From Bryobacterales bacterium (GTDB lineage: Bacteria > Acidobacteriota > Terriglobia > Bryobacterales > UBA6623): a stretch of 64,000 bases of DNA. The notes beneath the pieces are model-generated. The model worked only from the letters and a program-made list of their open reading frames with translations. It ran no database searches and had not been told where the DNA came from. Shown here piece by piece: positions 54,701-61,815 of this stretch. A program made the position numbers and the translations under genes. The DNA lies in the NCBI GenBank assembly GCA_965204435.1, contig OZ241997.1, positions 5,817,132 through 5,881,131 of the forward strand. Reading direction: 5' to 3'. The stretch's first letter is position 1, and every line of letters begins with the position of its first letter.

Positions 54701-55134
54701 TTGACGCCAATCACCGTGCCCAGCTCGGACGTGGACTGCTGGAGCTGCTCGGCTTGCGCCATCACCTCGATCGTTTCCGTCACGTTGCCTACTTCGAGGG
54801 AGATATTCTGCGTGACGGTCTGGTTGACGCCCACGTTGAAGGTTGGCAACACGGCCGTCTTGAAGCCGGTTTGTTCGGAGACGAGAGTGTAGTTGCCTGG
54901 CTGCACATTGACGAACACGAAGAAGCCGCTGGCGTTCGCCGCGGTGGTTACCTCCACTCCGGTCCCCACGTTGGAAAGGGTGACCGACGTGCCCGGCACA
55001 ACCGCCCCGGTCGTATCGGTAATCGTCCCGTTCACGCCCCCTGTCGTGCTCTGTCCGAACGCGGCGGCGGCAACGATGACGCAGACCGCCAGCAACTGCG
55101 CAGCTCGGCGGGCAAGATGGGGAATCTGAAACAT
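51706..55134 (-). CDS. TonB-dependent receptor with N-terminal carboxypeptidase-regulatory-like domain
   Basis: 1142 aa. Signal peptide, then GTITDTTGAVVPGTSVTLSNVGTG...FFVFVNVQPGNYTL and a plug (LPLNGRNFTQLLTLTPG). C-terminal beta-barrel ending in F. Confidence 0.9.
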   Translation of the reverse strand: MFQIPHLARRAAQLLAVCVIVAAAAFGQSTTGGVNGTITDTTGAVVPGTSVTLSNVGTGVEVTTAANASGFFVFVNVQPGNYTLVSEQTGFKTAVLPTFNVGVNQTVTQNISLEVGNVTETIEVMAQAEQLQQSTSELGTVIGVKQVEDLPLNGRNFTQLLTLTPGATPISTAQSSGIGSHDLANVGVPGASFSNPSIHGQWNRMNIHLLDGVNNTNYIGNMYVIPPIIDAIEEFKVQSHNDKAEFGGVLGGIINVISKTGTNEFHGSLWEFVRNDALNARDPFTDEFNVKPAAFRQNQFGAAVGGPIIKNKTFFHFAYEGWRFSNPRSNRYYVPTDAQLGGDLSNWPTGMNIFDPLTTRMDPDTGGLIRDQFPGNVIPSSRLNQTMQTYLRGYYDKPNLQGDPQFNVINQDAATNNADNFQVRFDHQFSELDRAWVRYSKINGAQLTPSTQLINEVGEFPFVNYGGGWFHSFSPTVIMDHSFGYAKEPYRQGTIPDDEVGDGPALAAGFGNLEGVRAIPSIAIGSGGFAGGDVGALRRMEGPLEFHYEQYHYTGNLSWIRGNHTLKFGAQTLRHTLTPNATGGISFNFTEVPTQGLRPGEVGSTGDPVATALLGVPSQVSGGLPSSIFFGYQTFGAYVQDEWRIRPNLTLNIGLRFDHLMWPDVESSTGRFKNYQDLHTGEFLLGLESMPPPCNQAGIAPCIPGDGLQDVLHGDKIRLADHTSIGPIPVWDNWQPRFGLAWSMNPKSVLRVGYGIVFDQLTGVNQSWQGSGGWPNNDGFFQPANAVGEPVQFIDDLRNKLGSPLPGPNPWGDTCWCVDRENKNPIGHQWNVELQQQVSQNLVLSGAYVGSISRRLQITGLGNTAAPSTGTAEQVAASKPQPHYPTLFWGDDRGRSSYHGLEFKADKRFSGGFSLLASYTWSRAIDNGASGFFTAENGPGGSSYVQDFYNLENNKGVAGYNVPHFLSVSSVWELPAGKGKRIFNRGPAAWVLGNWHANSLFQTRSGQPVNMVVSGDVANIGNTVAWWSYMRPNLVGDPNAGSRSSARWFNTDAFEPPAFGSFGNAGRGLVYTETVTYLDFSLFKRFAWGDSRWVEVRSEFFNVLNLANYGPPDTTVLSPTMGRIVNTIVPMRQVQFGLKIIF

Positions 55135-55228
55135 GGTCTGGCTCCTAGTCGGCGGGCAGCGTGTGAATCAGGACTGCCCCCGTCAACCAGCCGATCCGCA
55201 CCAGTGCCGATGTCGGCGGGCCGCCCCG

Positions 55229-55258
55229 ATTCTACACGAGCAGGTATGTGGTGTCCAA
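55229..55258 (-). promoter_or_regulatory. Candidate promoter for the TonB-dependent receptor (TTGGAC-18 nt-TG-n-TAGAAT)
   Basis: On the minus strand, TTGGAC is at 55258-55253 and the extended -10 TGTAGAAT is at 55236-55229, about 95 nt upstream of the ATG. Confidence 0.3.
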
Positions 55259-55308
55259 CGCTGGGCCGCGGAGGCCAGCTGTGTCCTGCGGCCTGCGCCA
55301 AGGCAGAC

Positions 55309-57846
55309 TCACACGCGCGTGACGAACTCCACTAGGTTGAGCAGTACGCTCGCCACGGCGGCCCACACCGCATCGTCCCCTACAGACTGAGACGTTTCGG
55401 CTTCCACGTTGAAGATCTGTCGTTGCCTCTCGTGGTACGCAGCCAGCCTTTGCAACTCGGCGGCGCTGGGTTCCCGCGCCACGCACAGTCGAAACGCATA
55501 GCTGAGGCGCTGATCCAGCGTTGGCCCGCCCTCGCGTTGGATCCGTTCTCCCAAGTGCACGGCCGCTTCTTCGAAGACCGGGTCGTTCAGCAGCGTGAGG
55601 GCTTGCAGCGGGGTGGTCGAGCGGTCCCGCCGGCAGACGACTTGGACATTGTCGGGCGCGTCGAACGTTTCCAGCTGCGGGTACGGCAGCGTGCGCTGGC
55701 GAAAGATATACAAGCCTCGCCTGAAGTTGTCCGCGCCCTCGCTCTGCGGCCACTTCACGAAGTTTCCGAAGCCGATTTCGGTAGCCCCTTCGGGCAGGTA
55801 CGGCCGCACGCTGGTCCCGCCGATTCGGCGGTCGAGCAATCCTGCCGCGGCAAAAGCCGAGTCTCGGATAGTCTCGGCAGGTAGCCGGATGCGCGACTGG
55901 CGCGCGAGCAGCCGGTTGGCCGGATCGATTTCCGAGAGATCGGGGCGGACATCGGAGGACTGCCGATAGGTCGCGGACATTACGATCAGGCGGATCACGG
56001 CCTTCGTGTCCCAGCCGTTCTCCATGAATTCCACCGCCAGCCAGTCGAGCAGCTCGGGATGGCTGGGAGCCTCTCCACGCGTTCCGAAGTCGTCCGAGGT
56101 CGAGACTAGGCCCGTTCCGAAGTAGCGCTGCCAGAGCCGGTTGACCGTGACCCGCGCCGTGAGGGGGTTGTCGCCAGATACCAACCACTCGGCCAGCGCG
56201 AGGCGGTCGCGCTTGCCGGCTGGCAACGGCGGCAGGGTGGACGGCGCGGACGGGTCTACCCGAATCCCGGGGTTGCGGTAGTCTCCGCGAACCAAGATCC
56301 GAGTATCGGGCGGGTCCGGGTTCTCGGCCATCGTGTAGGCCTGGGTGAGGGCAGGGTATCGCTCCTGCAATGCCTTGAATTCCCGCTTCAGCTCGGCGAA
56401 GTCGAGGTCTTCAAAGCCCTCCGGCGTTTGAAAGTCATATCCCCCTACAACATTCCCTACGAAATACGCGGACAATCGGTCGTTTTGCTTGGCGGTGCGT
56501 AGTTCGGGTGCCGTGCGGACCGTCTCGGCCCCGCCGTCCAGCTCGAACTCGAGCAGGTCCCACAGGATCTTCCAGATCGGCTCCAGGCTTGTGCCAGAGT
56601 CGGTCGCAGCTGCGAGGATGCGACGTTCCCAGTAGTCCTGCAGCTCCGGGACCCGGTACCGCTCGAACAGCTCCGCCCGCCGCCTCTCGAACTCGGGACG
56701 GCGCGCCAGGTATGCTCGACGCTCCCCTGGCAGCGGGGCGTCGATGTCGCGCTCGATGGCGGTGTTGAAGAATGCGTACAGGCTGTAGAAGTCCTTTTGG
56801 CTGATCGGGTCGAACTTGTGATCGTGACATCGGGCGCAGCCGGCCGTCAGGCCCAGCCAGACTGTCGCGGCAGTGCTGGTCCGCTCAACAACACGCTCCA
56901 CCCGGTCCATCTCGAGGGGGAAGCCGCCCTCTCGGTTGTGGAGGGCGTTGCGGTGGAATCCGGTTGCGACGACTTGGCCGCGGTCTGCGCCCGGGATCAG
57001 ATCCCCGGCCACTTGCTCGACTGTGAACCGGTCGAACCCGAGGTTGCGGTTGAACGCATCGATCACCCAGTGTCGCCAGCGCCACGCGTACGGACGGATG
57101 TAATCGGCCTGATAGCCATCGCTCTCGGCGAAGCGCGCTTGGTCCAGCCAGTGCAGGGCCTGCATCTCGCCGCTGTGCGGGGATGCCAGCAGGCGCTCGA
57201 CGGCCTGCTTGTAGTGAATCTCTCCGCTGGAGAACGCAGCGATTTCGCCGGGGCTTGGGGGGATCCCGGTCAGATCCAAGCTCAGACGTCGCAGCAGGAC
57301 GGCCGGGGGCGCTTCCGGTGAAGCTTCCAGACCCGCGGATTCCAGCTTGGCCGCGATGAACGAATCGATCGGATTCCGCACCCACCCCGCGGCCCGCGTC
57401 GTTGGGATCTTCGGCCGGACCGGCGGTACGAAAGACCAATGCGCCGCGTCTGGGCTGGGTCCTGTTCCCGATGCGCGGGAATCCGGCCACAGCGCCCCCT
57501 GATCGATCCAAGCCGCGATACGGTTGATCTGTTCGGCAGGGAGGCGCTCGCCGTCGAACGGCATTACCGGGCCGTCCGAAGCGGGCCGGCTGAGCATCTG
57601 AACAAGTCGGCTGCCGGCACCGTCACCGGCCTTGATCGCCGGACCCGAAGAGCCGCCGCGCATTGCAGCGGCGGCATGGTCGAGGCGCAAGCCCCCTGAC
57701 TGGCTGGCCGGTCCGTGGCACGCGATGCAGCGCTGGCGGAAGATCGGCTCGATGTCAGCGCGAAAATCGATCTGGGCCGTCTGTGCTGCGAGCTGTGGAA
57801 TCCAGAGGCTGGCTAGCAGCAGGGACAGACGGAAGGGCGTCGCCAC
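55309..57846 (-). CDS. PSCyt/DUF1549/DUF1553 protein (no adjacent DUF1501)
   Basis: 845 aa. GTG start, signal peptide, CIACHG, CARCHDHKFDP and a DUF1553-like C-terminus. Confidence 0.85.
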   Translation of the reverse strand: MATPFRLSLLLASLWIPQLAAQTAQIDFRADIEPIFRQRCIACHGPASQSGGLRLDHAAAAMRGGSSGPAIKAGDGAGSRLVQMLSRPASDGPVMPFDGERLPAEQINRIAAWIDQGALWPDSRASGTGPSPDAAHWSFVPPVRPKIPTTRAAGWVRNPIDSFIAAKLESAGLEASPEAPPAVLLRRLSLDLTGIPPSPGEIAAFSSGEIHYKQAVERLLASPHSGEMQALHWLDQARFAESDGYQADYIRPYAWRWRHWVIDAFNRNLGFDRFTVEQVAGDLIPGADRGQVVATGFHRNALHNREGGFPLEMDRVERVVERTSTAATVWLGLTAGCARCHDHKFDPISQKDFYSLYAFFNTAIERDIDAPLPGERRAYLARRPEFERRRAELFERYRVPELQDYWERRILAAATDSGTSLEPIWKILWDLLEFELDGGAETVRTAPELRTAKQNDRLSAYFVGNVVGGYDFQTPEGFEDLDFAELKREFKALQERYPALTQAYTMAENPDPPDTRILVRGDYRNPGIRVDPSAPSTLPPLPAGKRDRLALAEWLVSGDNPLTARVTVNRLWQRYFGTGLVSTSDDFGTRGEAPSHPELLDWLAVEFMENGWDTKAVIRLIVMSATYRQSSDVRPDLSEIDPANRLLARQSRIRLPAETIRDSAFAAAGLLDRRIGGTSVRPYLPEGATEIGFGNFVKWPQSEGADNFRRGLYIFRQRTLPYPQLETFDAPDNVQVVCRRDRSTTPLQALTLLNDPVFEEAAVHLGERIQREGGPTLDQRLSYAFRLCVAREPSAAELQRLAAYHERQRQIFNVEAETSQSVGDDAVWAAVASVLLNLVEFVTRV

Positions 57847-58016
57847 GAAGAAGGCCTCGCAGCCAAAATATCAGACTTCGCCCGCCCAGGTCTGTTCGAA
57901 GCGATTCGGCCGCGCGCCAGACGCCCGGCCGCGTAAGCGATAGCGATGTGCTGCTGGCACGCGGAGAGTCTGAGCGCACCGTTAGCGCGGCGTCTACAAT
58001 ACGCTGGAAGTACAAG

Positions 58017-59843
58017 ATGAAGTGCCCGATTCTGCTCCAGACACCTCTGAAGATCGGCTTGGCTATGCTGGTCTCAACCGTGACCATCGCCGCCGGCACG
58101 CGACCGTATGTCATGGGCACGCGAGGCGTCGTCGTTTCGGGCCACCACCAAGCCAGCGATGCCGGCCTCGACATGCTCAAGGCCGGCGGCAACGCTGTCG
58201 ATGCGGGAGTCGCCACGGTGTTCGCGCAGGCGGTCACGGAATTCGATCGCTTCGGACTTGGCGGTGAAGTCCCGATCCTGATCCACAACGCTGCCGATGG
58301 CCGCGTGGTCGCCGTGAACGGGCAGGGCCAAGCACCCCGCAAGGCGACGCTGGAATGGTTCCGCGCCAACGGCATCGCGGCCATTCCCGGGGATTGCTTC
58401 CTGCCGGCTCCAGTGCCGGCCGTCGTAGGCTCGCTGATCGCAGCGCTGCGCGAATTCGGCACGATGAGCCTGGGAGAGGTGCTGGGCCCGGCCATTCGTC
58501 TCGCAGACGAGGGGTTCGCGGTTTTTCCGAGCTATTTGGACAACTTGCGCAGGGTCCAAGGCCGCATGCGGGCAGAGTGGCCGACCTCCGCGCGGATCTT
58601 CCTCCCCGGCGGGGATCTGCCCAGCGTCGGGGACCTGCTGGTGCAGAAAGACCTGGCCCGCACGCTTCAGCGGCTGGTCGAAGCCGAGCGGCAGGCCTCG
58701 GCCGCCGGCCGGGATGCGGGCCTGCAGGCCGCTCACGACCTGTTCTATAGCGGCGACCTCGCCGCGGAAATCGTTCAGTTTCAGAAAGATTTCCGGTGTA
58801 CCGACGCCAACGGCTTCACGTCTTCCGGCCTCTTGGAAGTCGAGGACTTCGCGGCGTTCCGCCCGGTGATCGAAGAGCCCGCCCGCACCTCGTATCGCGG
58901 CGTGGACGTATACAAGGTGGGCTTCTGGTCCCAGGGGCCCGTCCTGCTCCAGACGCTGAACCTGCTGGAAGCCTATGACCTGCGCTCGCTGGGGCACAAT
59001 AGCGCGCCGTACCTGCACTTGCTGGCAGAAGCCATGAAGCTGGCCTTCGCCGACCGCGAGTGGTACTACGCCGATCCTGACTTCGTCGGAGTCCCCGAAC
59101 ACGGCCTGCTCTCGAAGGAGTACGCAGCGCATCGGCGCGAGCTCATCGACTTGGAGGCGCCTTCGCTGAAGTTGCAGCCGGGCAATCCGTACCCGTTCCA
59201 CAACGAGCAGCTCGCGCACGCCGCCGTGCCCGATTCCGTCCCGTTTCGGCCCGACCCGCCAGGTACGACTGGCACTCGCGTGGCGGACGCGCAGGGCAAC
59301 GTGTTCTCGGCGACGCCGAGTGGCGGCTGGTTTACGGCGTCGCCGATTATCGAGGGCCTCGGCTTCGTGCTCGGCACGCGCGGCCAGAGCTTCGTCTTGT
59401 CCCAGGAACAGGCGAACAGTCTGCAGCCGGGCAAGCGCCCGCGCACTACTCTCACGCCCACCTTGGCGATGAAGGATGGCCAGCCCTTCATGGCCTGGGG
59501 CACGCCAGGCGGTGACGCCCAGGACCAGGTCAACCTCCAGTTCCTCCTCAACGTGCTGGAGTTCGGAATGGACATCCAAACGGCGCTGGACGCGCCCCTG
59601 ATCCAGATCCTGGACTTCCCCCCGTCGTTCTTCCCCCGGCAGACGCAACCCGGCGTCATGCGTGTCGAGTCGCGCATGGCGCAGTCCACGGTGGATGCTC
59701 TCACTGCCATGGGGCACACTGTTCTCGACGCCGGGCCATGGTCAATCGGCGACGCCACGGCCCTGATGCTGGATCGTCAGCGCGGGGTGCTTTACGGGGC
59801 GGCCGGGCCGCGCCGCGACAAATCGTACGCTCTGGCTTGGTAG
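58017..59843 (+). CDS. ggt: Gamma-glutamyltransferase-family protein
   Basis: From ATG 58017 (MKCPILLQ...). Contains VVVSGHHQASDAGLDMLKAGGNAVDAGVA and a later PPGTTG...GNVFSATPSGGW autoprocessing region. Confidence 0.8.
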   Translation: MKCPILLQTPLKIGLAMLVSTVTIAAGTRPYVMGTRGVVVSGHHQASDAGLDMLKAGGNAVDAGVATVFAQAVTEFDRFGLGGEVPILIHNAADGRVVAVNGQGQAPRKATLEWFRANGIAAIPGDCFLPAPVPAVVGSLIAALREFGTMSLGEVLGPAIRLADEGFAVFPSYLDNLRRVQGRMRAEWPTSARIFLPGGDLPSVGDLLVQKDLARTLQRLVEAERQASAAGRDAGLQAAHDLFYSGDLAAEIVQFQKDFRCTDANGFTSSGLLEVEDFAAFRPVIEEPARTSYRGVDVYKVGFWSQGPVLLQTLNLLEAYDLRSLGHNSAPYLHLLAEAMKLAFADREWYYADPDFVGVPEHGLLSKEYAAHRRELIDLEAPSLKLQPGNPYPFHNEQLAHAAVPDSVPFRPDPPGTTGTRVADAQGNVFSATPSGGWFTASPIIEGLGFVLGTRGQSFVLSQEQANSLQPGKRPRTTLTPTLAMKDGQPFMAWGTPGGDAQDQVNLQFLLNVLEFGMDIQTALDAPLIQILDFPPSFFPRQTQPGVMRVESRMAQSTVDALTAMGHTVLDAGPWSIGDATALMLDRQRGVLYGAAGPRRDKSYALAW

Positions 59844-59950
59844 CGCCCGCGGGCCGCCGCGCCGGGCCTCGTCCGGCGCTATATGGCGGTGCTACGATGG
59901 GACTTCCGCAGCTTGCCGAGGTGCTGTCTTAGGCTGCGGAATCCCCCTGG

Positions 59951-61663
59951 ATGCGCTGGAACAGCCTCTTTATTCCGACGTTGCGCGATGCCCCGTCCGA
60001 CGCCGAGGTCGTGAGCCACAAGCTGCTCTTGCGTGCGGGCTACGTGCGCCAGCTCTCGGCCGGGCTGTACTGCTACCTGTACCTCGCCCAGCGGAGCCTG
60101 CGCAAGATTGAGCGCATCATTCGGGAGGAGATGGACGCCATCGGGGCACAGGAGATCTATACGCCGGAACTTCATCCGGCAGAGATTTGGAAAGAGAGCG
60201 GGCGCTGGGACGCGATCGGCGACGACATGTTCCGGCTCAAGGACCGCTTCGGCCGGGAGCACTGCTTGGGGATGACCGAGGAGGAGGTCGTCACCTTCAT
60301 CGCCCGCGGCGAACTGCGCAGCTACAAGCAACTGCCGCAGATCTGGTATCAGATCCAGGCGAAGTTTCGCGACGAGCCGAGGCCCAAGGCGGGCCTGATG
60401 CGCGTGAGGCGCTTCACCATGAAGGACTCATACACGTTCGACATGGACAGCGCTGGCCTTGACGCCGCGTACCAGCGCCACTACGTTGCCTACTGCCGCA
60501 TCTTCGACCGCTGCGGCTTGGAGTACCTGCCCGTCGACGCGCATTCCGGCGCGATGGGGGGCAGCGAGTCGTGTGAGTTCATGGTGCCGTCCCCCGCTGG
60601 CGAGGATTGGCTGATCGAGTGCCCCGCGTCTGGCTATCGCGCCAATTTGGAGAAAGCGGTCACCCTGTCGCGGCCGCCTTCCGTGCCGGACCCGGAAGGC
60701 GACGCCTCGCCCGAAGAGTTCGCCACACCGGGCAAGAAGACGATCGAAGAAGTGTCCGGGTTTGACGGGCTGCCCGCGTCGTCGCATATCAAGGCGTTGG
60801 TGATGGTCGCTCAGGGAAAGCCCCTGATGGCGTTGTTGCGCGGCGACCACCAGCTCAGCGAGACAAAGCTCGCAGCCGAGGCGCAGGATCCAGACGTCCG
60901 GCCTGCCCATCCCGCGGAAATCGAACAGTGGCTCGGGGCCGAAGCGGGCTTCATTGGCCCGGTCGGTGCGGGCGATATCGCACTGCTCGCCGACAAGGCT
61001 CTGGAGGGGCGCCGCAACCTGATCGCTGGTGCCAACAAGGCCGACACGCACTTGCGAAACGTCACGCCCGGGCGCGATTTCCCGGCGCGGTACGCGGATC
61101 TGCGCGAAGCCGAGGACGGCGACATCGATGTGGCCTCGGGCCAGCCTGTGAGGCGGCGCAAGGCCATCGAAGTCGGACATATCTTCAAACTGGGCTACAA
61201 GTACTCCGAGTCCATGGGCCTTTCCGTCCTGGACGAGAACGGCAAGGCCGTCACCCCGATCATGGGCTCGTACGGCATCGGCGTCGAGCGCGTCCTAACC
61301 GGCGCGATCGAGCAGAACCATGACGATGCCGGGATGGCCCTGCCGGTCTCGATCGCCCCGTTCGAGGCAGTCATCACGCCGGTCAACCTCAAGAACGAGG
61401 ACCAGCGGCGGGCGGCGGAGACGCTCTATGCCGAACTGCGCGAGGCTGGCGTCGACGTCCTTCTGGACGACCGGGCCGAGCGCGCCGGCGTCAAGTTCAA
61501 GGACGCTGAGCTGATCGGGATCCCGTTTCGGATCACGGTGGGGCGAAACATTGCCGATGGATCGGTGGAATTGACCGAGCGCAGCACGGGACGCTCCGAG
61601 AATGTTAATCTCGAAGAGATAGCGAAACTGCTGGTTGGCCGGATCAGCGAGGCGGTGGCCTAG
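59951..61663 (+). CDS. proS: Prolyl-tRNA synthetase
   Basis: 570 aa: MRWNSLFIPTLRDAPSDAEVVSHKLLLRAGYVRQLSAGLY...RFTMKDSYTFD...GHIFKLGYKYS. Confidence 0.95.
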   Translation: MRWNSLFIPTLRDAPSDAEVVSHKLLLRAGYVRQLSAGLYCYLYLAQRSLRKIERIIREEMDAIGAQEIYTPELHPAEIWKESGRWDAIGDDMFRLKDRFGREHCLGMTEEEVVTFIARGELRSYKQLPQIWYQIQAKFRDEPRPKAGLMRVRRFTMKDSYTFDMDSAGLDAAYQRHYVAYCRIFDRCGLEYLPVDAHSGAMGGSESCEFMVPSPAGEDWLIECPASGYRANLEKAVTLSRPPSVPDPEGDASPEEFATPGKKTIEEVSGFDGLPASSHIKALVMVAQGKPLMALLRGDHQLSETKLAAEAQDPDVRPAHPAEIEQWLGAEAGFIGPVGAGDIALLADKALEGRRNLIAGANKADTHLRNVTPGRDFPARYADLREAEDGDIDVASGQPVRRRKAIEVGHIFKLGYKYSESMGLSVLDENGKAVTPIMGSYGIGVERVLTGAIEQNHDDAGMALPVSIAPFEAVITPVNLKNEDQRRAAETLYAELREAGVDVLLDDRAERAGVKFKDAELIGIPFRITVGRNIADGSVELTERSTGRSENVNLEEIAKLLVGRISEAVA

Positions 61664-61815
61664 CGCCGGCAGGCGGGCACGGGCGCGAAACGGACGCAGC
61701 TGGAGTTGCGTCAAGACGTTAAAGCGCCGCCCGTTTCCGAAGGCGCTGGCCGGGCCGTGCAGCCAACCGCAGTCGCTTGAGCCAGAGAATCGCCTCTCGT
61801 CGGGTGCACCGCAGC

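Noticed and set aside
55135-55308. Cobalamin riboswitch upstream of the TonB-dependent receptor
   Set aside because: No B12-box-like element or conserved riboswitch core is recognisable, only a generic GC stem.
58074-59717. 547-aa minus-strand ORF. The same applies to the long ORFs at 20917-21873, 42459-43703, 35885-37195, 8628-9611, 62530-63516, 39812-40543 and 28152-28915
   Set aside because: All are antisense or out-of-frame shadows of well-supported genes (GGT, ADP-ribosylglycohydrolase, SSS symporter, sulfatase, M20, PBP, enolase-family, DUF1553). They have Arg/Gly/Pro-rich composition and no motifs.
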